In this document: one piece after another, positions 25,902 through 36,281 of the stretch
Layout of the letters: every line of letters begins with the position of its first letter
Position numbering within the stretch: the stretch's first letter is position 1
Virus record (IMG/VR): IMGVR_UViG_3300037467_000583
Span: 1 to 64,000 of that record
Length of the DNA stretch: 64,000 nt
Source of the DNA: a virus
Taxonomy: Duplodnaviria > Caudoviricetes
Direction: 5' to 3' (one strand)
Notes under the pieces: generated by a model
The model's input: only the letters and a program-made list of their open reading frames with translations
What the model was told of the DNA's origin: nothing
Database searches by the model: none
Made by a program: the position numbers and the translations under genes

Positions 25902-28139
25902 TTACAATTTGCAGCTTTCGCACTCAGCCTCATTTTCTTCAAGAGTGAGGCCAGCTTTGGTGTTGGAATAGTATCCGGACTTATGGCCGCACGTAATGCG
26001 GTAGAGCCAGTCTTCAAACATCTCCGTTGCACTAATCTTAGGCGTCACACCCGCAGGGAAAGCACGGTACTTGTCAGCACTAATAGCCTGCCCACAGAAC
26101 TTCTGGAAGATGCCGTACATCTCAGCAATATCCTTAGCTGGAACAGTCCAAGCCAACTGATACGCATCTTTCAATTCTTCCAAGTCCGGTGCAAGAAACA
26201 CATTTTTGTTAGTGCCACTCGTCTTAACAACCACAAGCTCACGAACCGGATAAATACTATTGGTCGTGTTGCCAGCAATGCTGCTTGATTCGACAGGCAT
26301 ATACGCTTCAAGAACGCTGTTACGCATGCCGTGCTCTGCAATCTCCTTACGAAGACCTTCCCAATCACACAGAAGGGGTTGATTCGTCACATTATCGATG
26401 TGTTTGCAGTAGGTGTCAATAGGCAACCAGCCATCTGCATACTTCGTCTTGTGGAACCAATCGCACTTGCCACGCTCCTTGGCAAGACGCACACTAGCCT
26501 TGTGGAGCCAGTAAGAATGCATCTCAGCTAGTCGGTGCATGTAAGCTTTACCCTCTGCCGTATCGTATCGAAGCCCCTTAACTGCCATATCATGTGCAAG
26601 GTTTGTGATACCAATGCCAGCAGAACGACGAGCCTGTGCAGTGTACTTCAGATGCGGGAACGGGTAGTCCATGATCGAAATCACGTTGTCAACCATCTTG
26701 AGAGTGCGGTACGCCACTTCCTCATACATTTCAGGTGTCACACGCCCTGCAACAATTGCACCTAGATTGCACAGACCAATCTCACCCTGCACATCATCGT
26801 CCATTCGGTAAAGCTCGGTAACATCCTTGTAGCCTTGTGTCGGCAGGCCGATTTCTTGGCAAAGGTTAGAGCTATACACAGGGTCTTTGAACGGCGTATG
26901 GCGGTTCAGTTCATACGTATTGTGCTCGTACATCCGACCCGTCTCTTCTTCCATACGAAGGAACTCTAGAGCAAGTTTACGCGCAGGAATAAACTTCTTA
27001 CGCTTGCTGCTCTTTTCGTGTTCCTCATACAGCTTCTCAAAGCTGCCGTCTGCACGGTACATCGCTTCCCACAGATTAGGATTCACCTTATAGCTGATGT
27101 TCATCCACTGCTCATTCTTAGCAGCCTTCTCTGCAAGCAGAGGGTGGAAGCCAAAACTGTAGTCGAGTCGTCGCTCTGCTTTCGATGCAACAGTAGTTGG
27201 GTGACGAAGGCGCAGCAACGTCTCAATCTCAGGATCAAGAGCATTGATGTGCATCGTCTCCGCACCGCCACGACCGCCTTGCAGGTTGGCATTCACAGCA
27301 CTTGCCTGTGCATTGTAGTACGGCAGTTTCCCACCGTGGCGAATAGTATTCTTACGAACACCATCTCCCTTACTACGAGTCATCAGCATGCCGCCAATGC
27401 CTGCACTGGAAGCTGTCATAATCGTTGCAATGTGATCGCCAGCAGCCAAACTGCCAAGTTCATCGTTACTCTTGTAAACGCAGCAAGAAGCATAAGTGCG
27501 CTTAGGGGTGCCAAGATTGTTAATGTTAGGCGTAGGCGCATTGATGCGACCAGTTGCGTAATCTTCGTAGAATGCTCGCACTTCCTGCATGCGAGTGGCC
27601 TTAGGCTCATCTTTGCACACCCCAAGAGCCATACGCATCCACACGAATGCGGGTGACTCCAACACAATGTTTTTCTCGATATCCTTGATAGCGTATTTAG
27701 TCGTGATTTGGTTGATGACAGAGTAGACGCTATTCAAGTCACGTTCGTGGTTGATGAACGACTGTGCAGCAAGCAGGTCCAAGTCAGTGTAGCCCATGTC
27801 TTCCCACAACCCGTCTGCAACCATATCGTGGTACATTTTAAACACAGACGGAACACACTCATGCCCACCGAACGCTTGTTTGTACACGTCACCAATTAGC
27901 AGACGGCCAGCCATTAGCATGTGCGGCGTATCTTCGTAATCCATACAAGCCTGAATCATTGCTTGTTGCAAATCCTTGGTTGTGCAGGTGTCGGGCAGCT
28001 TTTGATAGGTGTCAGCAACAATGCCAAACCAGTCCACACCGATGTTACCTGCCCACTTTGCCCAACGAGTAAGCTTCTCAGGATCAAACGGGACAACAGA
28101 ACCATCCCGCTTAGTAACCATAATATGCTTCTCAGTCAT
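25902..28139 (-). CDS. nrdA: Ribonucleotide reductase class Ia alpha subunit
   Basis: ATP cone VTKRDG..FDPEKL, ASCC, SNLCQEI, GLCNLGAI; uninterrupted. Confidence 0.95.
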   Translation of the reverse strand: MTEKHIMVTKRDGSVVPFDPEKLTRWAKWAGNIGVDWFGIVADTYQKLPDTCTTKDLQQAMIQACMDYEDTPHMLMAGRLLIGDVYKQAFGGHECVPSVFKMYHDMVADGLWEDMGYTDLDLLAAQSFINHERDLNSVYSVINQITTKYAIKDIEKNIVLESPAFVWMRMALGVCKDEPKATRMQEVRAFYEDYATGRINAPTPNINNLGTPKRTYASCCVYKSNDELGSLAAGDHIATIMTASSAGIGGMLMTRSKGDGVRKNTIRHGGKLPYYNAQASAVNANLQGGRGGAETMHINALDPEIETLLRLRHPTTVASKAERRLDYSFGFHPLLAEKAAKNEQWMNISYKVNPNLWEAMYRADGSFEKLYEEHEKSSKRKKFIPARKLALEFLRMEEETGRMYEHNTYELNRHTPFKDPVYSSNLCQEIGLPTQGYKDVTELYRMDDDVQGEIGLCNLGAIVAGRVTPEMYEEVAYRTLKMVDNVISIMDYPFPHLKYTAQARRSAGIGITNLAHDMAVKGLRYDTAEGKAYMHRLAEMHSYWLHKASVRLAKERGKCDWFHKTKYADGWLPIDTYCKHIDNVTNQPLLCDWEGLRKEIAEHGMRNSVLEAYMPVESSSIAGNTTNSIYPVRELVVVKTSGTNKNVFLAPDLEELKDAYQLAWTVPAKDIAEMYGIFQKFCGQAISADKYRAFPAGVTPKISATEMFEDWLYRITCGHKSGYYSNTKAGLTLEENEAECESCKL

Positions 28140-28715
28140 TTAAACTCCTTCTACATTCTTACGTTTATGCTTCTTACGCTTCTTCTCAGCAGGCTTAGGA
28201 TTATGATAGTCCTCCAACGTTTTGTATCCACCGTCAGGATTCCTCTGATCGCCCCGAATATGAAACAGAATATCTTCTAGCTGAATAATCTGGTTAACAA
28301 TCTCAAGTTCCTCTGCCTTGTACTCTTCAGCTTCCTTGGTAGGAATGTTATCATCCAGAGCGTGTGAACCTCCATATTGAGGGCACGTGTGCCCCATAGC
28401 ATACAGTTCTTCATAGAGGCTCTTGTCCTGCGCCTGAGCAGCCAACATCACATCTTCTAGAGTGCTGTACGGACCTTTGATGTGCCTACGAGCAAAATTA
28501 TACTCGCCTGCAAACAAATAGCCAACCCTCACTTCGTTCTTCAACGTTCGGTGTTGTGCTGCATATACGTGCACAGCTTTGTTTGTGTCGAATCCAAGTT
28601 CAGCAAGAACGCCATACACTTTGTCTGCGTTGTCAAGATGAACAAGATCAAATTGATTCATGCCTTGCAACGGCTCTGCAAGCAGCAGATCATATACGCT
28701 AATTACCTTAGACAT
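28140..28715 (-). CDS. Hypothetical protein
   Basis: Long ORF with basic tail, abutting nrdA. Confidence 0.6.
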   Translation of the reverse strand: MSKVISVYDLLLAEPLQGMNQFDLVHLDNADKVYGVLAELGFDTNKAVHVYAAQHRTLKNEVRVGYLFAGEYNFARRHIKGPYSTLEDVMLAAQAQDKSLYEELYAMGHTCPQYGGSHALDDNIPTKEAEEYKAEELEIVNQIIQLEDILFHIRGDQRNPDGGYKTLEDYHNPKPAEKKRKKHKRKNVEGV

Positions 28716-29166
28716 TATCACCTCCGAAGAAATTATCGGGTACAAGATCATCTAAGATAACGGACTCAAAACCAATAGGCTTACGAATCTTACCCTTGTT
28801 ATCTTTAATGACAATGACTCCGTACTCTTCGTTGTCTTCAAAAGAGTAGTCAGACGGATAGTCCGACATGAAGAGGGACGGAACAAACTTATCATTATTG
28901 TTCTTAGTCACTCGACGTAGTGCTTCGTCCACATTAAATCCAGCTTTTTCCATAGCTTGCAGTAGTCCACATGTAACAACAAACACGTCACATGCCCCGT
29001 CAAGAAGTTCTACGCTGTCTCCGGTTGCGTGCAAAGCAGTAATTGTCTCAGCAAGCTCCTCTTTAATAAGGTCTACATACAGACAAACTGCCTCAAATGG
29101 CTCGTCGAAAGACTTGCCGATCTTATTAAATTTCAACACTTCGTCATAATGCTTTTGAATATTCAT
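28708..29166 (-). CDS. MazG-like/PRA-PH family NTP pyrophosphohydrolase
   Basis: LIKEELAE, ELLDGACDVFVV, NNNDKF, KIRKP. Confidence 0.75.
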   Translation of the reverse strand: MNIQKHYDEVLKFNKIGKSFDEPFEAVCLYVDLIKEELAETITALHATGDSVELLDGACDVFVVTCGLLQAMEKAGFNVDEALRRVTKNNNDKFVPSLFMSDYPSDYSFEDNEEYGVIVIKDNKGKIRKPIGFESVILDDLVPDNFFGGDNV

Positions 29167-29357
29167 TTTCTCTCCCATACAACTGCTTCATATTTAGCCC
29201 AATTACCATCTTGTACATACTTGATGGCTTCTTCAGCAGTGTCAAAATGTACCACACAATCTTCAAACGTCATTGCCTCGTGCATGAAATGCCAAACGAA
29301 CCAACCTTTGTACTGAGGATAATAGTACTTGCCGTATTTGTAGACACGAGTTTTCAT
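29163..29357 (-). CDS. Hypothetical protein
   Basis: ATGA-coupled small ORF. Confidence 0.5.
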   Translation of the reverse strand: MKTRVYKYGKYYYPQYKGWFVWHFMHEAMTFEDCVVHFDTAEEAIKYVQDGNWAKYEAVVWERK

Positions 29358-29566
29358 TTCGTCCACCCAAGCTCAACAGCTTTCTGCAAGGCTTTGATGA
29401 GATAAGGTACATCTTTGTTAAGAATGTTCATGGACAAAGAATCATCGCTTTCGATACAAATGTAAGTCCCTTTTGTCAGTTTGTAAGCATCGTCATACCC
29501 GATGTTACTACCAAAAATAATTTCATCAATAGGTTTATCTTCTGCACGAATATCAATTGAAGCCAT
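29354..29566 (-). CDS. Hypothetical protein
   Basis: Coupled small ORF. Confidence 0.5.
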   Translation of the reverse strand: MASIDIRAEDKPIDEIIFGSNIGYDDAYKLTKGTYICIESDDSLSMNILNKDVPYLIKALQKAVELGWTK

Positions 29567-29568
29567 AA

Positions 29569-30519
29569 TTATTTCCCCACATTCGTAAGACTGTTATCAC
29601 TCTTGTGCTCGGAGACATTTTTACGCCCCCGATTCTGCTTCCCACAAGAAAGGCAATTATACAGCATAAACTCAGATGTGGCAGTGTAATATTTCTTGTC
29701 AATCTCAGCCAGCTTCTCACTACCGCAGCACACACAACGCAATTTACCAGCAGGTTCGTACAGAGCTACATTGGGGTGTGTCTTACTCCAGTGCCGCAGG
29801 CGCATATACACTTCCTCTAGTACTACAACATCCTGAATGTTGTATTCAAGCATCTCGTCAAATGCCTCGTCGTCCATAGCCATACAACGAGTCCACAGCT
29901 CAAAACCGCTGTGGCTTGCTTTCCGTTGCAGGCCAAGGTATGCAGCGATGCTATCAAGGCTATTGCTAGGGAAGCGAAACTCAGCTTTAGCAATCCGCAG
30001 CGTGTCAACAATCTTACTAGGTGCAGGTGGCGTCATGCCAAGAGCAACCATACGAGTCTTGATGAGTGGAATGTCGAACTTCTGCGCGTTGTGTGCCACG
30101 CACAGGTCTGCTTGGCTCATCAGGTCTGCAAGCTCTCGTACAAGCACTTCGTCGTTGCGAGCTTCGTAAATACGATTGGACACGATAGTTGGCTCACCAA
30201 GCCACTTAGCAGAATACGTCAGAAGATAGCCTTCGTGAACCACTTGCTTCTGGCTAACATTGTTGTCCCAACGGCCCCACACATACGCTGTAGTAGGGGC
30301 GCACTCGATATCAAGCAGAAGAATCTTAACACCTTTAGGAACAACACCTTCTACAGCTTCCACTTCAGTTTCGCGGAACTTGAAGTACTTGCGCAGGTTG
30401 TCCGACACAGTGCTCTTTGCTTTGTTGATTCGACGGGCAATTTCACGCCACGACATATCAGGATTCTCGTTAGCCAACTTTACAGCTTCTACGGCCCAAT
30501 CTTTATCTGCAATATTCAT
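29569..30519 (-). CDS. DnaQ/RNase H-like 3'-5' exonuclease with N-terminal HTH and C-terminal Zn ribbon
   Basis: LLDIEC, AHNAQKFD, VDTL, YNIQDV; SWREIARRINKAKSTV; CVCC..CLSC. Confidence 0.8.
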   Translation of the reverse strand: MNIADKDWAVEAVKLANENPDMSWREIARRINKAKSTVSDNLRKYFKFRETEVEAVEGVVPKGVKILLLDIECAPTTAYVWGRWDNNVSQKQVVHEGYLLTYSAKWLGEPTIVSNRIYEARNDEVLVRELADLMSQADLCVAHNAQKFDIPLIKTRMVALGMTPPAPSKIVDTLRIAKAEFRFPSNSLDSIAAYLGLQRKASHSGFELWTRCMAMDDEAFDEMLEYNIQDVVVLEEVYMRLRHWSKTHPNVALYEPAGKLRCVCCGSEKLAEIDKKYYTATSEFMLYNCLSCGKQNRGRKNVSEHKSDNSLTNVGK

Positions 30520-30715
30520 TTGCTATCCTCAAACAATTTGTCAAATGCTGCCCAGCGACGCTCAACAGCCAGTTTGGCATCACTCACGATATGCGCTTGC
30601 CCGACAATGTTTTGATTGAGTTTATTGAGGATGCCAATAATTTCCCACAAAGCAAGCAAAGTCCCGATACCAAAAAATGCAATGGCAGCGCCAATAAAAA
30701 TAAACCCCTCAGCCA

Positions 30716-31318
30716 TCACACACCCTCCAATGCCGAAGCTTGCAAAGCTTCAATCTTCTTGCGCAGATCATTTTGACGGGCTTTGTAATTCCCGATAAGA
30801 CGATTCCTGTGCTCAATGTCTTGTTCGTTCAACTTAATACTACTGTCAAGCTGTGCAATTTGCTCTTTGAATTCTTTCAGAGTGCGCTGCTGCTCGGTTG
30901 TTAAAGGCTTTTTGTCAACGATTTTCCACACCTTAGACTTTATATATGCGCTGATATCATTATAGCTCCAAGGTGCAGTTTCTTTGCTGCCATCCAGTGC
31001 ATGGCACATGAAAGTGCATTCATCAATTGCAACGAACTTGTAGATTGCACCTCTCGGGACTTCAATGTAGAACTCATCCGGCAGGGATGCTTCCTTTTGC
31101 TTCGGCGTGTCGTTTACGATGATCCAACACCCATTTTCCACCCAACACTTGACGTTGTTTTTATCAATCACAGAGTCAGGAATCACCCCAATCACTTGCG
31201 CCCAACCCCTGGCCCACTTCACCTTGTAATCGCCATAATCATGTAACGTTGCTGTATGAGTGTATCCCGGCAAGTCCTTATCCCGAAACTGAAATTTGTC
31301 TGGAAGCTGTTTCATCAT
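30716..31318 (-). CDS. Hypothetical protein with C-terminal coiled coil
   Basis: 200 aa, SD AAGGAG, downstream of the promoter at 31346. Confidence 0.6.
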   Translation of the reverse strand: MMKQLPDKFQFRDKDLPGYTHTATLHDYGDYKVKWARGWAQVIGVIPDSVIDKNNVKCWVENGCWIIVNDTPKQKEASLPDEFYIEVPRGAIYKFVAIDECTFMCHALDGSKETAPWSYNDISAYIKSKVWKIVDKKPLTTEQQRTLKEFKEQIAQLDSSIKLNEQDIEHRNRLIGNYKARQNDLRKKIEALQASALEGV

Positions 31319-31345
31319 TTCTCCTTAAGAATGTACAACAAACGT

Positions 31346-31374
31346 ATTCTACTCTTGTTCTTGCATATGCGCAA
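31346..31374 (-). promoter_or_regulatory. sigma70-type promoter
   Basis: TTGCGC-17-TAGAAT. Confidence 0.55.
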
Positions 31375-31377
31375 GGG

Positions 31378-31896
31378 TTATTTTGCTCGACGTAAGATTT
31401 CTTCTACAGCAGCCCTTCGCTTCTCGGGATTGCTAAGCTGTACATCTGTGTAGCCATAATCATAGCAAAACTGCTTTATGTCTTTCACAGGCTTCTTGCA
31501 GATGGCAATGGCAAGCTTCTGTACCTGTGCCTCGTCCTTGGAGTAGCCATGCTTGTCCATTAATGTTTTCAAATCATGACACTCATGACACAGCACTTGC
31601 AGCCCTTCAGGCCCACAAAACAGCCGCTCTACAAAGTCTGCAATGTCATCCTTGCAATTCAGGGCACCAGCAGGAATCTTGTGATCTACTGCCACCTGTT
31701 TGCTCTCAAAAAGCATGTCGCACTCGGCACATACGTAGCTCCATTTGCGACGCTTGTTGTCTCCTTTGTAGGGCACCTTGGCTTTGTCTAAAGCTTCATA
31801 GATGGCAGACCAGCGACGAGACAGCTTGCGAAGTCCGCTTCTCAACCATGTATAGAACTCCACAGGCTTCTTATCTTTCTTACGGCTTGTAGACAT
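31378..31896 (-). CDS. HNH endonuclease (replication/packaging-associated type)
   Basis: YVCAEC, VAVDHKIP, LQVLCHECHDLKT. Confidence 0.8.
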   Translation of the reverse strand: MSTSRKKDKKPVEFYTWLRSGLRKLSRRWSAIYEALDKAKVPYKGDNKRRKWSYVCAECDMLFESKQVAVDHKIPAGALNCKDDIADFVERLFCGPEGLQVLCHECHDLKTLMDKHGYSKDEAQVQKLAIAICKKPVKDIKQFCYDYGYTDVQLSNPEKRRAAVEEILRRAK

Positions 31897-32281
31897 ACCC
31901 CTCCGCTTCGTTCTTGTTGCGGACATAGTTGTACACGTTAAGAATCTTAAGGCCGCTAATGTCCAAGGAAAAGAAACGCTTCACAACACGTTCTTCGTAA
32001 GACAGTGTGTCCAACACTTTCCAACCATACCAAGTTTCTACAGGCATGTATCGCACTGGGAAAGATTTTTGCTCAGTCATCTTGCACCACCACATCTGCA
32101 AGATTGTCAGGCAAGGTTGTAAGTTCACCAAGCCAGATATCATCTATTACGCGGCAGTCATAAAGCAAGCCTATTGCACGCAGAACTTCTCTAGCACCCA
32201 GAGAGTTGTTTTGTGCTTCCAATTTGCCGTCAACATACAAGCCTTCCCAATCATCGCCAACAACAAAAGTGATTTGCTTTT

Positions 32282-33238
32282 TCATACTTCAATCTCCAAT
32301 TTCTCACAAAGTTTCTTCACATCAAGCCTGTCACCTTCCCACCTACGCATGTGCACGCAATCGGCGTACATCTGCCAGATAGTGAGCCAATCTGCTTTGT
32401 GACGAGAATCATCCCATGCAGTGTAGTAGACTTCTTCAGGATACCACTCGCGGTACTTATCCACAACAGCCTGCACAGCTTCCTTGTCCGTCGTACAATC
32501 CTTAAGAAGCTTATATGCGCCCTTCTCGCCAAACTTCTTCTTAGCAATCTCGGACGGCTTATAACAATCTGCTGGGTCGCCAAAGAGCATTTGGAAATAG
32601 GCAAACACCCTACCGTAACCTTTTACCTCGTCCTTGTCATTCAAATACAACTTACCAAATCCATCTACAAACTCAGGCTCCTCCATGTGCAGCCAGTTGA
32701 ACTGCCAGCCGGGAGTGGCGTTATCGTCTTTATCGATTGTTACAGACACTACGTATTCTTTCTTGCGATAGCCTTGGTACTTGTAGGCTGCAATCAGATC
32801 ATCAGCTTCGCCCAGAGCCACCTCTGCGTTGTGCTTGTCAATAAGATATTGCTTGGCTTCTTCAAGATTAATCGGCTTAGAAATGTTACTGCGATTGTCC
32901 TTGTACTGAGTTGGCAGCGGAAGATGCTTACGAAAATTGCCATCGCTTGGACCTGAAACAACAATGTGATATGCATCACACTTAGTCTTCTGCAAAATCA
33001 TCTTGAGCATTTGCTTCATCGCATAGATGGTGTTGGCAATTGGTTCAGGTGTTTGTACGGGTTTAAGATCGTAATCACCCGCTTCGCTGCCTGCCCACTC
33101 CTTGAACAGTGTAACAGTGTCGAACTCAAGCTCGCTAAGATTTTCTTTGTGTGTGGCGATTACGCTCCGCTTCTCCGTAGCTGCTGCACAACGGTATGCA
33201 AGCAAGTCGCCATCAATCACCGCTAGTCGTTCTGTCAT
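32282..33238 (-). CDS. 5'-3' exonuclease (T7 gp6/T5 D15-like)
   Basis: AVIDGDLLAY, NFRK..YKDNR, EADDLI, IDKD, GDPADCY. Confidence 0.85.
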   Translation of the reverse strand: MTERLAVIDGDLLAYRCAAATEKRSVIATHKENLSELEFDTVTLFKEWAGSEAGDYDLKPVQTPEPIANTIYAMKQMLKMILQKTKCDAYHIVVSGPSDGNFRKHLPLPTQYKDNRSNISKPINLEEAKQYLIDKHNAEVALGEADDLIAAYKYQGYRKKEYVVSVTIDKDDNATPGWQFNWLHMEEPEFVDGFGKLYLNDKDEVKGYGRVFAYFQMLFGDPADCYKPSEIAKKKFGEKGAYKLLKDCTTDKEAVQAVVDKYREWYPEEVYYTAWDDSRHKADWLTIWQMYADCVHMRRWEGDRLDVKKLCEKLEIEV

Positions 33239-34017
33239 ACAGGCTCCCACGTGTCCCAATAGCTCCTAGGTCCAAACGGTTTTTCTTCGTTCTTCCATTC
33301 TTCGTACTCAATGCCAACACTCTTCAGCAAATCATATGCATTGTCAGGCATAATTTTGGCTGCATCCGGTGCAGTAATCTCGGCATCCTTGAACAGATCA
33401 AGTGCATTGTCGAGAGAGAATTCTTTGTCAGTTTCGATAGCAGCCTTCTCCCCATATTGACCACCAATTGCCTTAGCCAGATCATCCCATGAATTCAGTT
33501 CCACCTTCTGGCAAGCAAGACCAATACGAAGCAGATCGCTCTTACCAATCTTATAGCCACGATCTTGATACTTAAGCACACGCATAAGGGAGCCGTACGG
33601 GTAGCGAGTGCCGCTGTGAAAGCGCAAGAATCGCTGCGAATTGTGTTTGAAGAAGTCCTCATGAAAGACAAAATCTTTTTGATCAATATCGTATGCACCC
33701 ATCACAGCGGTGTAGTCGAACGCATCGAACACAGCTTCAGCAGTTGGAAAGAAATCGAAATGCATAAGCTGCACAACACTGTCACGCTGTGCAAAAGTGA
33801 TAGCACGGTCAGTTGCAGCGAGACACCACATACCATCGTCATACGCATCTGCCACAGCATTGATGAAATCTTCTTTGGTCTTGAAATAAAAATCTACGTC
33901 ATTGATCGGCTGACCAGTGAAAGCGGATGTAAGTGCACCACCTGCAATGAATGCGCCTTTCGGCATGAAATGATACGCTGCTTGTTTGATTTGTTGAAAT
34001 TCTTTCGCATGCTGCAT
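33235..34017 (-). CDS. Pol-beta-superfamily nucleotidyltransferase-like protein
   Basis: FIAGGAL...DVDFYF, FDYT, RVLKYQDRGY. Confidence 0.7.
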   Translation of the reverse strand: MQHAKEFQQIKQAAYHFMPKGAFIAGGALTSAFTGQPINDVDFYFKTKEDFINAVADAYDDGMWCLAATDRAITFAQRDSVVQLMHFDFFPTAEAVFDAFDYTAVMGAYDIDQKDFVFHEDFFKHNSQRFLRFHSGTRYPYGSLMRVLKYQDRGYKIGKSDLLRIGLACQKVELNSWDDLAKAIGGQYGEKAAIETDKEFSLDNALDLFKDAEITAPDAAKIMPDNAYDLLKSVGIEYEEWKNEEKPFGPRSYWDTWEPV

Positions 34018-34034
34018 TAAGTTTCCCCCTTAAG

Positions 34035-34064
34035 AAAAATGCCCCACCCCTTGCGGAGCAGGGC
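34035..34064 (-). terminator. Intrinsic terminator
   Basis: On the - strand GCCCTGCTCC-GCAA-GGGGTGGGGC then ATTTTT. Confidence 0.6.
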
Positions 34065-34069
34065 TTGTG

Positions 34070-34603
34070 TTAGTCGTCTTGCTTCCAGCGACTGCCTTTC
34101 TCTGTTGCTTTTAGTGTCAAACGATCTTGCTCGTGGTCGTGCTCACGATGCACTTCCGCATGATGTTTTGTACAGAGCCAAATCACGTCAAGCGGTATGT
34201 CATAATGAACGTGATGACCTTCGACATTTTCCGTCGTGCCGCAAACCCAACAGGGCAGCTTGGATAATTTGCCATCCCGTACTGCATTATTAACTGCCGT
34301 GGTCGCAGCTTTCCTCGCTTTGTCGTAGGTGTAACTTTTTCTGTATTCAGCAATCTTTGCCCTAACTTCGGGTTTGGATTCCCTCAACTTCTTTTGCTGC
34401 TTGCGTTCGGGTTCTGTGCTACGCAATCTATCATAAGCGTTGTAATACTCTTCGCGCTTCTTGCGGTTTGTGCGAACATCAAGCTTGTTACACTCTTTAC
34501 ATTTGTTGACGTGACCATCAGCCATCTCTGGATGCTTATAGTAGTCGGAGAGAGGTTTAATCTCCCCGCACTTAAAGCACGCCTTATTTACTAGCGTCTC
34601 CAT
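34070..34603 (-). CDS. HNH-like endonuclease with N-terminal Zn finger
   Basis: CFKC..CKEC; CWVCG..EGHH..Y..PLDVIWLCTKHH. Confidence 0.7.
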   Translation of the reverse strand: METLVNKACFKCGEIKPLSDYYKHPEMADGHVNKCKECNKLDVRTNRKKREEYYNAYDRLRSTEPERKQQKKLRESKPEVRAKIAEYRKSYTYDKARKAATTAVNNAVRDGKLSKLPCWVCGTTENVEGHHVHYDIPLDVIWLCTKHHAEVHREHDHEQDRLTLKATEKGSRWKQDD

Positions 34604-34610
34604 CTACATC

Positions 34611-35651
34611 CTAGAAAGGCGTATCTTCCATATCATCAAAGTTTGGCGCAGGCTTGTTAGGCGCTTTCGGCTGTGCCACAGGGGCAGCAGCTTCACCATC
34701 ACCCGGCTTGCCATTTGGGAACTTAGCACGAATCTCTTGCAGTTCTTTGTCACCTTCAACAATCTTCTCTGCAATTTCCTTAGCCTTCGCGATGATTTCC
34801 TTCTCACCATCTGCACCATTACGCTCTACAACAGCCTCTTGCATCTTGGAGCCAACATACTCTTCAGCCAGAACAATCTTACGCAGATCGGCAATGCGGA
34901 GCAGATCAAACTTAGCAAGACCGCCAAGTTCTTCCTTCTCTTCAAGCAGATCGTCGTCATCAAAGCCGACAGACACAGCAGGCATGATCGCAGGTTCAGG
35001 CTTCATACCTTTCATGAGAGGGACAGGCGACTTAAGCTTGGTGTTAACAAACTTCTTGTCATCCTTCTCTTGCACCTTCACTTCCAGATTGAACATGAAC
35101 GGCTTAGCCAGCAGTTGCGAGATGTCGTTCAGCTTAGGATTCTTGTAATCCGCCTTAAAGATGACATCACTAACTTTCGTACCATCTTCATACTTAGTTA
35201 CACCTGCAATCTTGTAGAAGTTGGACGTACTTGCCAGAAGCCACGGACGACCTTTAATGTAGTTGCCATCAGGGTCACGAGGCGCCACAGTGGTGAAGTT
35301 TAGACCTTCCGACATACCGCGAGTTACAGGGTGTAGAGGCAGACGAATGTTCTTAACACCAATGTCACCTTCGTAATCATGAGTTTGGTCCAACAGATCG
35401 ATGTAGCAAGCAATCTTTTGCTCAACAGCGTCATCTTTAGGCCACAGGATTTTATCCTCTCCCGTCACCTTATCTTGCTCACGCTTGCCTGCACTATCTT
35501 TAGCAAACTTCGGCAGCTTCTTGTGGCTTCCAAGATCAACCAGCAGACCCACTTGAACAGGAACCAAACCCTCTTCAGGGATGATCGGCACGAATGCTTT
35601 CTGTTCAGTGTTCTCGTTACGTGCAGGAGCGTTGATATTGCGTGGTTTCAT
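34611..35651 (-). CDS. Probable single-stranded DNA-binding protein
   Basis: 346 aa in the replication cluster, acidic aromatic tail PNFDDMEDTPF. Confidence 0.6.
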   Translation of the reverse strand: MKPRNINAPARNENTEQKAFVPIIPEEGLVPVQVGLLVDLGSHKKLPKFAKDSAGKREQDKVTGEDKILWPKDDAVEQKIACYIDLLDQTHDYEGDIGVKNIRLPLHPVTRGMSEGLNFTTVAPRDPDGNYIKGRPWLLASTSNFYKIAGVTKYEDGTKVSDVIFKADYKNPKLNDISQLLAKPFMFNLEVKVQEKDDKKFVNTKLKSPVPLMKGMKPEPAIMPAVSVGFDDDDLLEEKEELGGLAKFDLLRIADLRKIVLAEEYVGSKMQEAVVERNGADGEKEIIAKAKEIAEKIVEGDKELQEIRAKFPNGKPGDGEAAAPVAQPKAPNKPAPNFDDMEDTPF

Positions 35652-35744
35652 AAATTATATTTCCTTTAGAGTAAATTGTTGTGTGCAAGCACACTCTTAA
35701 GCGCTAGAGCCAGCGCAGGCTTTGTCCTGAGAATGCAGGACGCA

Positions 35745-36281
35745 TCAGAACAACTTTTTATTCCAGAACCCCGTGTGGTGTGCAGTGTAGAACAAACAAT
35801 ACAAAACTGACACGATATTCAAAATAGGAATTAAGCTCAGGATGACATAACCAGCCATCAGACCGATAGTAACATCTTGTTCATCAACCTTCTTACTTGC
35901 GAGACAGTATGTAAATACACAGAACATTGAAAACAACAAATAGATCAATAGCATTATTCCACCTCACACACAAATATGCACAATATATCCAGCAGCCAGA
36001 ACAACCGTAGACAGGATTACGGATGCAGCAACATACTCTCCAACAGTGTCAAGCACCTTGAAATCAACGCTAGGAACACCCATAAATCGTGCCAACAGCG
36101 TCAATCCCATTGCAGCGGCAATCCCGAGCGGAGGTGCACCGAAGATTGATACAACAAACCATGCCCACAAAACAGTTACCACCCAAGCTTTGTAAACACT
36201 GGAGCCAAGAACCAACAAAACTTGGCCTACAAGTGTCGTAAGCGACTCATCCTTGGATTTCTTCAGCACATCAACTTTCAT
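35745..36281 (-). CDS. Two small membrane proteins (35745-35954, 35964-36281)
   Basis: Hydrophobic ORFs with SD-like sites. Confidence 0.5.
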
